A stretch of 64,000 nt of DNA, taken from NCBI GenBank assembly GCA_903862655.1, contig CAIOZA010000015.1, forward strand, positions 24,324 through 88,323, written 5' to 3'. Below are positions 38,992-48,127 of the stretch, piece after piece. Position numbers and translations under genes: made by a program. The notes beneath the pieces were generated by a model. The model saw only the letters and a program-made list of their open reading frames with translations, did no database searches and was not told the DNA's origin. Every line of letters begins with the position of its first letter. The first letter of the stretch is position 1. The DNA is from an uncultured Ignavibacteria bacterium (GTDB lineage: Bacteria; Bacteroidota; Ignavibacteria; Kapaibacteriales; UBA2268).

Positions 38992-41169
38992 ATGAATAAT
39001 CTTAAACTTGTATTGTTTGCATTAATGTTTATGCTATTTACCGTCGACTGTTTTTGCCAAATAGGATCTAAACCAATTCCAAATGATCAACTTGGTGAAA
39101 TTTATTCGTTTGCTTTTCGCAATGATGGTTATCTCTATGCCGGAGGAAGCACTATGCCAGGCTTTCTCGTTTCAAGTAACAAAGGAGATACCTGGAGCTT
39201 AGTTGATGAGGGAATTTACAACTCTATTATATATTATTATTTTACCCAAAAATTCTTATATGTAATTGATATTAATGGTAGTTTGCATCAGTTATCAAAA
39301 AATGGAGGATTAAAGCGAATAACACCCGAAAGTGATAATGACTACGTTACAGTTTTCTTAGCTGATTCAAATGCTGATATATATTATGGCACCGATAATG
39401 GTTATTTGTATAAATCGATTGATAACGGTGCTACCTTTACTGAACTCTTTTATCAGGATAATACTAGTGGCATAGGATGCTTTTTCATTTATAATAACGA
39501 TATGTATTTAGGTGTCGGGGGTAAAGGAATTTTTAAATCAATAGATCAGGGTTCAACCTGGCAGGAATTCACTGACGGAGTAGATTCAAAGAATGCTGTT
39601 AAATTTGTAATCAATCCTAATGACACTAATCTGTATTTTATTGACAGATATTCGGGTTTATACAAGTTATCTGAAGATGGAAGCCAATGGACAGTAGTTG
39701 ATAATATTCATTGTCAATATCTGTTAACGGATTTAATCGTTTCAAAAGGCTCAATGTATTTATCTACGGAAAACAAAGGGATATTTAAATCATTGGATAA
39801 TGGTATTTCATGGCAACAGTTAGCAGTTGGTCTGATTAATTCATCAATTACAATTGCAGCAGATTCATCAGGAGTATTATTCACTTCTGATATGGTTAAT
39901 TGTTATAAATCCACAAATAACGGAGATGAATGGATTTGTTTTACAAATTCGAATCAAAAGACTACTGTTAATACTATTCTAACAGATGCTAAAGGTTCAA
40001 TTTACTGCACAATAAATAATGACATATATTACAGTACTGATTCCGGTAATAATTGGAAAATAATTTCTCGTCCTGACAATAATACTAATTTTACTAACTT
40101 GAAAATTATAAATGATACAATCTTGTGTATCATTTATCAAGAAAATGATGAGTTGTATTATTCTAGTAACAAAGGAGAAGAATGGAATCAAGTAAACTTT
40201 GAAGATAACAACTTCAAATATTTAGTTGATATTTGTTCTGGAAAAAATAAGGATATATTTATTTTAAGTGCTTTTTCAGTATTTGCTTCAACGGATTTGT
40301 CAATCAACCAGAAAAAGTTATCAAATGTTGGAAAGTATTATATTTTAAATGATAGTATTGAAATAGCAACATTGGGTTTGAATATAAATTCAAAAAATGA
40401 AATTTATATTTTTCATGAATTATCAATTGTTACAAAATCAACAGATCTAGGTCAAACTTGGAATTTATTGAAAAGTATTAATAGTTTTGATGATTATGTT
40501 CCAAGTGTTATTAAATTAGAGTTCAATAGTAAGAATGAGATTTATTATTTAGATACTGATGGCTTCTTATTTAAATCAGTTGATGATTTTAAAACATCAA
40601 TAAATTTAAATAAAGCATTTCTTGATGCTTCCGATGGGATTTCTTCATTTGTTATAAATTCCAAAGATTATATCTTTATCGGTACTAATTTTGGTAAGAT
40701 ATACTATACAGTTGATGGTGGGATTAATTGGGAATTATTTAATTCACCACTTAGTGTTAAAAAAACATATGACACACCGCTTTCAATTGAGAAACGAATC
40801 TACTCATTAGGATTGGATAAAAATGAAAATCTAATTGTTGGTACTGATAAAGGGATTTTAAAAACAAATCTATCTACCACTGACCCAGAAACTGAACTAA
40901 ATATTGAAACTGATACAGATTTATCAAATATAACAATCTCTCCCAATCCCGCTTCTGATTTCATAGAAATATCAGACATCAACCCCATGCTTAAGCATGG
41001 GGTTGAATACTCAAATATCAGGATATTTAATGTATTTGGGCAGAATGTGTCATCAACTTGGGCGGGTTTAGAACCCGCCCCTACAATACGAATTGATGTA
41101 TCTGGCTTGGCTCCGGGCATGTATTTTGTGAGGATTGGGGATAGAGATCAAAAGTTTATTAAAATTTAA
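38992..41169 (+). CDS. T9SS-secreted BNR/Asp-box beta-propeller protein
   Basis: Signal peptide, many S.D.G.TW repeats, C-terminal ISPNPASD...GMYFVRIG...KFIKI; ATG 38992 preferred. Confidence 0.88.
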   Translation: MNNLKLVLFALMFMLFTVDCFCQIGSKPIPNDQLGEIYSFAFRNDGYLYAGGSTMPGFLVSSNKGDTWSLVDEGIYNSIIYYYFTQKFLYVIDINGSLHQLSKNGGLKRITPESDNDYVTVFLADSNADIYYGTDNGYLYKSIDNGATFTELFYQDNTSGIGCFFIYNNDMYLGVGGKGIFKSIDQGSTWQEFTDGVDSKNAVKFVINPNDTNLYFIDRYSGLYKLSEDGSQWTVVDNIHCQYLLTDLIVSKGSMYLSTENKGIFKSLDNGISWQQLAVGLINSSITIAADSSGVLFTSDMVNCYKSTNNGDEWICFTNSNQKTTVNTILTDAKGSIYCTINNDIYYSTDSGNNWKIISRPDNNTNFTNLKIINDTILCIIYQENDELYYSSNKGEEWNQVNFEDNNFKYLVDICSGKNKDIFILSAFSVFASTDLSINQKKLSNVGKYYILNDSIEIATLGLNINSKNEIYIFHELSIVTKSTDLGQTWNLLKSINSFDDYVPSVIKLEFNSKNEIYYLDTDGFLFKSVDDFKTSINLNKAFLDASDGISSFVINSKDYIFIGTNFGKIYYTVDGGINWELFNSPLSVKKTYDTPLSIEKRIYSLGLDKNENLIVGTDKGILKTNLSTTDPETELNIETDTDLSNITISPNPASDFIEISDINPMLKHGVEYSNIRIFNVFGQNVSSTWAGLEPAPTIRIDVSGLAPGMYFVRIGDRDQKFIKI
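40979..41084. repeat. Two in-frame REP-like palindromes inside the CTD coding sequence
   Basis: Perfect 28-bp palindrome TCAACCCCATGCTTAAGCATGGGGTTGA (40979-41006) and GGGCGGGTT-TAG-AACCCGCCC-CTAC (41060-41084). Confidence 0.85.
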
Positions 41170-41180
41170 GGATTATCATA

Positions 41181-42653
41181 ATGAAAAAGTTGCTGGTTAT
41201 TCTATGGTTAATCTCAGCCGAGATAGTATTTGGGCAGACATCAGGCTGGGAATATCGTTACATTTATAAAGAACAGATGCTAAAAATTAATAAATTGAAT
41301 GCTGTTCATTTCAATGAAGATGGCAGTAAATTCTATACTTTACATGCTAATAAAATAGTGTATTATTGGGATTCAAAGTCAGGCACTCTACTTGATTCTT
41401 TGATAATTCCTGAAGATTATACTACAGCAGTTTTTTCTAAGGATGGCCGAACTTTGTGCTACTATTTACCTATCACTTCTACGATGGGAGTTTATTTTAG
41501 CGTAAATGTATTTATTTATGATTTATTTACAAAAAAGAGAATTGCAAAGTCAATCTTTAATGGTCCTAAGGATATCAATTATATTAAACCATACACAAAT
41601 TTAGGTTATATAGATTATCCTAGGGTGCTTTCTATTCTTGATTTTGATTATAATTCTTATGTTCTAAAAGCAGGTGTTTATTTCACATATTACTGGAGAG
41701 AGGGACCCATACAGGCAGATTATGAACACCGTTATTCATGTGGTGGATTGGCATTCTTTGCAATAAATAAGGATAGCGTCTATAAGATTGGGCAAGCTAC
41801 GACTGCACATACCCTTGATTATCTTAAAACAGGCGATTCTGATTATATGACTCTACAGAGTAGTTCAAGAGACTATGGTGGTTCCAGTTCACTTAGGAAC
41901 GATGTCACAGAATCTAATATGGTATTCTCTAAAATCGATACGTTAACTGGAAAGTACAAACAGCTAAAAGCATTTAATCAAAAAATAGTATATAGTTGGG
42001 TACAAGGAAGTAATCCTGTTAATTATACATCAGGAACAAACAGACCCTTTTCAAAAATATATTACGACAGCACGAATAGTTTAGTATACGTAAAAGCACT
42101 TGATATATATTATGTCTTTGATACCAAAACTGATTCTTTAGTTGATTCTGTGAAGTTGGAAGGTAGTATCGGACTTGAGAGAATAACAAAGGATTTTTCT
42201 CATATCATATATTATTATAATAAGAAAATAATAGTATTAAATTTGAAGACGAAAGTAATGTATGATTGGATGTCCTGCCCTATGGTGCCTGTTTCTTTGG
42301 ATTTAACACCGAATAATAATGACATAATAGTTGCAAATGACTCAGGCAAAATTTTTTATTATTACACAATTTTATCCGATGTTAAAGATAGAATAAATGT
42401 TGAAGAAATGAGTATCTCTCCCAATCCTGCCTCTGATTTCATTGAAATATCCGTAGGGGCGAACGGCAGTTCGCCCTTACAAAGCGATGTGAGGATATAT
42501 GACGTGCTTGGAGAAATCCAGACCACCCCGTCACTTCGTGACACCCCTCCTTGGAAAGGAGGGGCAAAAGCAAGAATCGACGTTTCCTCCTTGGCTCCCG
42601 GCATGTATTTTGTGAGGATTGGGGATAGAGTTCAAAAGTTTGTGAAAATATAA
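41181..42653 (+). CDS. T9SS-secreted WD40-like beta-propeller protein
   Basis: Signal peptide, FNEDGSK, FSKDGRTL and LTPNNND repeats, C-terminal ISPNPASD...GMYFVRIG...KFVKI. Confidence 0.85.
   Translation: MKKLLVILWLISAEIVFGQTSGWEYRYIYKEQMLKINKLNAVHFNEDGSKFYTLHANKIVYYWDSKSGTLLDSLIIPEDYTTAVFSKDGRTLCYYLPITSTMGVYFSVNVFIYDLFTKKRIAKSIFNGPKDINYIKPYTNLGYIDYPRVLSILDFDYNSYVLKAGVYFTYYWREGPIQADYEHRYSCGGLAFFAINKDSVYKIGQATTAHTLDYLKTGDSDYMTLQSSSRDYGGSSSLRNDVTESNMVFSKIDTLTGKYKQLKAFNQKIVYSWVQGSNPVNYTSGTNRPFSKIYYDSTNSLVYVKALDIYYVFDTKTDSLVDSVKLEGSIGLERITKDFSHIIYYYNKKIIVLNLKTKVMYDWMSCPMVPVSLDLTPNNNDIIVANDSGKIFYYYTILSDVKDRINVEEMSISPNPASDFIEISVGANGSSPLQSDVRIYDVLGEIQTTPSLRDTPPWKGGAKARIDVSSLAPGMYFVRIGDRVQKFVKI
42453..42564. 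repeat. Two in-frame REP-like palindromes inside the CTD coding sequence
   Basis: GTAGGGGCGAAC-GGCA-GTTCGCCCTTAC (42453-42480) and the double hairpin GTCAC-TTC-GTGAC-A-CCCCTCCTT-GGA-AAGGAGGGG (42530-42564). Confidence 0.85.
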
Positions 42654-42661
42654 GAACAAAA

Positions 42662-44038
42662 GTGATGAAAAAACAGATGATAGCTTTGATATGTTTCTTA
42701 TTGTTTCTAAAAAGTGTAAATGCAGAATGGATTCCAGTTAGAGTTGAACCATCACCACTTTTTCCGAATGATTCAATTAATATGAATATTATTTTCTCTG
42801 GAATGGATTGTGCCGATTCTATAAATTGTTTTGCGGCTGGTAATGATGCTTATCGTTATAGAATAGTCTATCAAACAACAGATGCAGGTAGAAATTGGAA
42901 TATTTTATATAAACCTGATTTCAATTCAGGAATTAAAGACCAATTCCCTTTATTACGGTCTATAGCCTATCCTACAATTTATAAATCCGTTATTGGTTGT
43001 GATTCAGGAGTTGTTATTAAAACTGGTGATGGAGGTAAGAATTGGTCAAGAATAAATACTCCAATTTTCTATGAAGATAATTATCCTGAATATAAGCAAA
43101 TTAATACTGTAAAAATGTTAAATGAAAAGGTTGGGATTGCTTGTTCTGGACAATATTTGATTTATACAAGCGATGGGGGTAATTATTGGTCATACTTGTC
43201 AAAACCGGATTCTAATATGAGTAGTATTACAGGCGTTGAAATCTTTACACCGGAAACCATTTATATCAGAGTTAGTTGCTGGACAATTGATAAAGAATGT
43301 CCATTTAAGTTTTCATTATTCAGAACTAATGATCTTGGGAAGCATTGGCAGTCTTACGATTTTTCAAATATAGGTAGTATGGGAAAAATGTTTTTTGCCG
43401 ATTCCCTGAATGGTTGGATGGTCGGCGGTGACCCAAATGGAATAGGTGACCAGCAAATTGCTAAAATTGGAGCAACAAAAGACGGTGGTCGAACATGGTC
43501 AATACAATTTAGAGATTCATTAGAACCAATGGTTATGCCATTATTCGATGTTTCATTTTATGATAGAAATAATGGTATAGCTGTAGGTAGAATTGGTTCA
43601 ACATTGAGAACTACCAACGGAGGACTAAACTGGATTCCTGATAACATTCCCGTTGATTTAACAAAACCTTACATAATTAATCCGGTTACTTGTTTCAGAA
43701 ATGTTAAAGTACCTCTTTTTTATGGTTTACCCGGAAGGATTTATTATTATGCATCTACTTCAGATGTTTATGATAATTATATGCAATCAACTGGTTGGTT
43801 TATTTCCCCCAATCCAACAACCGATTTCATTAATGTATTTGTAAGGGCGGGTTCAGAACCCGCCCCTACAGGCGAGATAAGGATATATAATGTCTTTGGG
43901 CAGATCGTATCCACCCCTAACCCCACCCCAACCCTCCCCGCAAGCAGGGAGGGAGTAAGAATGGATGTCTCCGGCTTGGCTCCGGGGATGTATTTTGTCA
44001 GGATTGGGGATAGAGTTCAAAAGTTTATAAAGTTGTAG
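42662..44038 (+). CDS. T9SS-secreted YCF48/BNR-repeat beta-propeller protein
   Basis: Signal peptide, T.DGG.NW repeats, FFADSLNGWMVG, C-terminal ISPNPTTD...GMYFVRIG...KFIKL. Confidence 0.88.
   Translation: MMKKQMIALICFLLFLKSVNAEWIPVRVEPSPLFPNDSINMNIIFSGMDCADSINCFAAGNDAYRYRIVYQTTDAGRNWNILYKPDFNSGIKDQFPLLRSIAYPTIYKSVIGCDSGVVIKTGDGGKNWSRINTPIFYEDNYPEYKQINTVKMLNEKVGIACSGQYLIYTSDGGNYWSYLSKPDSNMSSITGVEIFTPETIYIRVSCWTIDKECPFKFSLFRTNDLGKHWQSYDFSNIGSMGKMFFADSLNGWMVGGDPNGIGDQQIAKIGATKDGGRTWSIQFRDSLEPMVMPLFDVSFYDRNNGIAVGRIGSTLRTTNGGLNWIPDNIPVDLTKPYIINPVTCFRNVKVPLFYGLPGRIYYYASTSDVYDNYMQSTGWFISPNPTTDFINVFVRAGSEPAPTGEIRIYNVFGQIVSTPNPTPTLPASREGVRMDVSGLAPGMYFVRIGDRVQKFIKL
43840..43955. repeat. Two in-frame REP-like palindromes inside the CTD coding sequence
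   Basis: TGTAAGGGCGGGTT-CAG-AACCCGCCCCTACA (43840-43870) and CCCCACCCCAACCCTCCCCGCAAGCAGGGAGGGAG (43921-43955). Confidence 0.85.
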
Positions 44039-44087
44039 GATGCTTTTGGGTCATATTATCCCTAAATGCTGTCTATTATAAGCTAAA

Positions 44088-44783
44088 TTATAAGTTCATT
44101 GCAGAATCTGATCTGTTGATGTAATCACCGGGCATGTAGTCGGTAGTAGCTTTCAAATAGGATTGCAGCGCTTTGGTAGCAACCTGGCTTTGTGCATTTG
44201 GCATTTCAACCTTCTTAGGTGGAGTAGTTCCGCTTTCTGTAGCTGAAATCTCAGCTTGTTTTTGCCGTAACGATGAAATCCTAGCGTCGGCTGCAGCGGC
44301 TACTGCTCGATCCTGTGGAGAGGGATCAGCCGGAGCAAGAGCGGCTCTTCTGACTTGTTGCATCTTTGCGATGGAAGCATCAGGATTCTTGGAATCAACG
44401 GTGGAATCGATGCTGACTTCCCCTTCGATTGCGTATTGCTTGCCGTCGGGGCCGGTTATAGTTTTAAATGAGGCTCCACCGTGGACTAAACCTCCCCCGG
44501 CAGATAAATGCGCCTGCTCGTGGGTTCTGACGTTTTGGTCAGCTGCTTTTAACTGCTGTACTTGTTTTTCCTGTTCGGGAGTAAGAGTTTTCTGTCCTGT
44601 TGGCGGTTTTTTTGACGCGACTTTTTGTTCCGCGGCTTTTTGTCTGGGGTTGTCATTTTCGGGCTTTTTTATTTTTCCGGTAACCAGGTCATATTGAATA
44701 CCCGACAAAGACTTATTGTCGATTGAGTTGTAGGAGTTCAATCCATAAGTACTGCGGTTGCCGTTAATTGTTAAATCAGCCAT
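44088..44783 (-). CDS. SprA/SrpA-related protein (HExxH motif)
   Basis: LKAADQNVRTHEQAHLSAGG, GPDGKQYAIEGEVSID and RAALAPADPSPQDRAVAA. Confidence 0.85.
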   Translation of the reverse strand: MADLTINGNRSTYGLNSYNSIDNKSLSGIQYDLVTGKIKKPENDNPRQKAAEQKVASKKPPTGQKTLTPEQEKQVQQLKAADQNVRTHEQAHLSAGGGLVHGGASFKTITGPDGKQYAIEGEVSIDSTVDSKNPDASIAKMQQVRRAALAPADPSPQDRAVAAAADARISSLRQKQAEISATESGTTPPKKVEMPNAQSQVATKALQSYLKATTDYMPGDYINRSDSAMNL

Positions 44784-44933
44784 TAGCTTTAGCTCTTTAT
44801 ACTTTTTATATTAATATCGGTTAGAGACTTAAAAAACTTTACTTATTGACATCATTTCACTCAAAGTGATAAGAATCTTTCACCTATTATAGAAGTAAAA
44901 CCAGGCATTTTATTATAACATTTTTTCCAATAT

Positions 44934-46151
44934 TTATTTAATATTAATATAGAGGAAGCTACGTTTACCATATTTGATAAGTCTCTTTTCGGTAAAATCT
45001 GCCTTTGCAAAAGGATCGGCAACTTTTTCACCGTCAATTGATACGGCTCCCTGATCCAGCATTCTGCGTGCTTCTTTCTTGGATGTTGATAGTGCTGAAG
45101 CTACAAGAACATCTATCACCAATTGTTCTGAGTTTCCAATTTCGAGAGTAACTTCTTCTATTTCATCGGGAATATCTTTTTTGACGAAAATGCGTTCGAA
45201 TTCCTCGAATGCTCCCTGAGCAGAAGCTTCATCGTGATATAGGGCTACGACGGACATGGCTGCTTTGACCTTGGCATTGCGTGGATGAACAGTTCCATCT
45301 GCCAATCCTGCTTTCATGGCTAGAACTTCTTCTAGATGGGCAAAAGCACCATATTGTAAATAACGTGTGATCAGTTCGTCAGGAATGGACATTACTTTAC
45401 CGAACATCTCTCGCGGGGATTCGGTTATACCGATATAATTATTGAGGGATTTGCTCATCTTTTCAATTCCGTCGGTTCCTTCGAGTATCGGCATAGTGAG
45501 TATACATTGAGGTTCCTTGTCGTAGGCCTTCTGGATTTCACGTCCGACTAAAAGATTGAACTTTTGGTCGGTTCCGCCAAGCTCGACATCGGAATCAATA
45601 AAGACTGAATCAATAGCCTGAGCAAGGGGATAAAGAAGTTCATGCATGCTAATCGGCACACCGGCAGTAAATCTCTTAGTGAAATCGTCACGCTCAAGGA
45701 GCTGAGCCACAGTATATTTTGAGGCTAACTTTATAACATCCATAAATGTCATAGTTCCAAGCCATTCTGAGTTATAACGAACATCAAGACTATTTGCAGA
45801 TAAAATATGGGTTGCCTGCTCGAGATAAGTCTGACCATTGATTCTTGTCTCATCTATTGTCAAAGGAGGTCTGGTCTTGTTTTTACCGGATGGATCGCCA
45901 ATCATAGCTGTGAAGTCACCAATGATCAGGACAGCCTTATGACCAAGATCCTGGAACTGGCGCATCTTACGAAGCACCACCGCATGGCCGATATGAAGGT
46001 CGGGTTTGCTGGGATCGCATCCAAGCTTAATGACAAGCTGTTTATTGGCTTTAATCGATCTCTCGAGCTTTTGTACGAGTTCATCCTCGGGAAGCAATTC
46101 AATAACACCCGAGCGGATAAAATCCATCTGTTCGTTGACTGAGGGGAACAT
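44934..46151 (-). CDS. tyrS: Tyrosine--tRNA ligase
   Basis: GCDPSKPDLHIGH (HIGH), GGTDQKFN, KMSKS and C-terminal S4 domain. Confidence 0.97.
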   Translation of the reverse strand: MFPSVNEQMDFIRSGVIELLPEDELVQKLERSIKANKQLVIKLGCDPSKPDLHIGHAVVLRKMRQFQDLGHKAVLIIGDFTAMIGDPSGKNKTRPPLTIDETRINGQTYLEQATHILSANSLDVRYNSEWLGTMTFMDVIKLASKYTVAQLLERDDFTKRFTAGVPISMHELLYPLAQAIDSVFIDSDVELGGTDQKFNLLVGREIQKAYDKEPQCILTMPILEGTDGIEKMSKSLNNYIGITESPREMFGKVMSIPDELITRYLQYGAFAHLEEVLAMKAGLADGTVHPRNAKVKAAMSVVALYHDEASAQGAFEEFERIFVKKDIPDEIEEVTLEIGNSEQLVIDVLVASALSTSKKEARRMLDQGAVSIDGEKVADPFAKADFTEKRLIKYGKRSFLYINIK

Positions 46152-46193
46152 AGTATATATTATTATTTAATTACAGAAAAAATGATGTAAGAG

Positions 46194-46898
46194 TTAAGCA
46201 TCGGCTTCAAGATTATCGTCCTGAGGAACATCGCGCAATCTATACCCAACACCGCGAATGCTCTGAATCAATGGTTTTGTACCATCCTCACGTTCAATTT
46301 TTGCTCTGAGGCGTTTGATATAAACATCGATAATATTTGATTCAGGATCAAAATTGTGCTTCCATACATGCTGAGTAATTGTACTTCTGCTGAGAATACG
46401 ATTCTTATTCTTTAATAAATATTCAAGCAAACCATACTCTTTTGTGGTGAGTTCAATTTCCTTGTTAAAACGGAACCCCAAGTGAGATACTGTATCGAGA
46501 ACCAGATCGGCACATTTCATCTTTGTTGTTTTTTCCGGGCTGGAACGTCTTAGAATTGACCTAAGTCGAGCCGCAAGCTCTTCGAAGCTGAATGGTTTGG
46601 GCAGATAGTCATCAGCACCAAGATCTAAACCTTGTACCCTGTCCTCAGTTGTTCCGCGTGCAGTCAGCATAAGAATTGGAGTTACAAAACCAGCTTCTCT
46701 CAGCTCACGTAGAACTGTGAAGCCATCCTTGCCCGGAAGCATCACATCCAGAAGGATTGCATCGAATTCGTTATTCATAGCCATTTCGAGGCCTGTAACA
46801 CCATCGGCGGCGGTTTCTACAATATATCTTTCTTCTTCCAAGCCATGTTTAATGAAGCTGGCTACTTTTCTTTCGTCCTCAATTACTAGTATTTTCAC
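46194..46898 (-). CDS. OmpR-family response regulator
   Basis: ILVIEDE, LLDVMLPGKDG, GLDLGADDYLPKPF, NIIDVYIKRLR and RGVGY. Confidence 0.95.
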   Translation of the reverse strand: MKILVIEDERKVASFIKHGLEEERYIVETAADGVTGLEMAMNNEFDAILLDVMLPGKDGFTVLRELREAGFVTPILMLTARGTTEDRVQGLDLGADDYLPKPFSFEELAARLRSILRRSSPEKTTKMKCADLVLDTVSHLGFRFNKEIELTTKEYGLLEYLLKNKNRILSRSTITQHVWKHNFDPESNIIDVYIKRLRAKIEREDGTKPLIQSIRGVGYRLRDVPQDDNLEADA

Positions 46899-47080
46899 AA
46901 TCGCCCTCGAAAATAATTACAAATGTAATATGATAGAGACTACAAATAAATGAATTTATTATTAATAAACAATGAAAAAATGATAAGTTTTGAAATCTGT
47001 TAAATTATTATCCATTAATGGATATCAATCCGGAGCAGATTTTCTCAGTCAAAAACGTAAAGAAAGTCAGAAACAAAAAA

Positions 47081-47854
47081 CTATAATTCACTTAATAATC
47101 TGACAATATCCAATTTCAAAACAATTGAATTATCAATATTTATAACTTCTTTTACATTTCCGCCAAATCTGTCATTTTCGAGCTTTGCATAACTTTCTTG
47201 GGAGATATTCGCGATTTTGTCAATTTTATCAGCGTTAAACGATTGGAGTACACCATTAGTATTGATTATAACGGCGAATTCCTGATAACTGGTTTGAACG
47301 ATATTATAAAGCTCTGAAAAAAGTTTTCTTATTGCAACAAGTTCCTTGTCCCTTCCATCAATACAAAGATCCAACGCCTCAGTAAATTTATTCTGATGCT
47401 CAAGCTCTTTAACATGAATACCCATGGCGTGAATACTGTTATGTGGTTTCTCAAAGTTAGAGAGAAAGTTGGAAAGAACAATGTTATTTGTTTTAAATGC
47501 ATAGAACCATTTGCCGAATTTGCACATTCTGGGATCGGTTGTAAGTTTAAATTCGGTGCGGTCGTTAACAGACGCGATGAGTGAATCAACCCAATTGACA
47601 TGATCCTGTTCACGTTCTTTGAGCATATCTATCATTTCCTTCGCTTCATCCTCGAGTGATTTGAATCCAAGCATCCGTCTAAGATCAATAAGAGGAATAA
47701 TTCTGTCTCTGAGGTTCATAACTCCGCGTACATTTTTTGATGCATTCGGGATTTTCATGTACTTAGGCATTCTAACAATTTCTAAAACATAGTCAAGATC
47801 AATAGCAAACTTGTTGGTTGAGGATTCAAAAATAAGAACTTGTGACTCTAACAT
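47081..47854 (-). CDS. CheW-domain protein with an inserted CZB (chemoreceptor zinc-binding) domain
   Basis: N-half CheW (VLEIV...IPNA...GVMNLRDRIIPLIDLR), central CZB (DHVNW, CKFGKWF, HNSIH), C-half CheW-like (AVII...ADKIDKI...LDI). Confidence 0.8.
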   Translation of the reverse strand: MLESQVLIFESSTNKFAIDLDYVLEIVRMPKYMKIPNASKNVRGVMNLRDRIIPLIDLRRMLGFKSLEDEAKEMIDMLKEREQDHVNWVDSLIASVNDRTEFKLTTDPRMCKFGKWFYAFKTNNIVLSNFLSNFEKPHNSIHAMGIHVKELEHQNKFTEALDLCIDGRDKELVAIRKLFSELYNIVQTSYQEFAVIINTNGVLQSFNADKIDKIANISQESYAKLENDRFGGNVKEVINIDNSIVLKLDIVRLLSEL

Positions 47855-48127
47855 AAAAATTACCTTTTTAAAAAAGAATAAAGTATATAATAACAGAAAT
47901 TTATTGAGATATTTCTATTTAAGTATTCTTAATATTATCAATTTAGGATAATTTAATGAAAATAAAAAGAGGGATTTGGATAAAATTTAGGGAAATTATT
48001 TATGTGATAATCAAAAAAAAAAAGAAAACACAAATAAGGTTCGAAATAGATAAAATCTATTTTCATTTCTCTCTTCCACGAGGAATGGTCGAGGTAGAAG
48101 ACAAATAGTTATCCAAAATATAGATAA

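Noticed and set aside
38992-44038. Diversity-generating retroelement or integron explanation for the repeated 3' gene ends
   Set aside because: There is no reverse transcriptase, template repeat or adenine-specific variation, and no integrase or canonical attC RYYYAAC/GTTRRRY boxes in the window. Kept only as an analogy.
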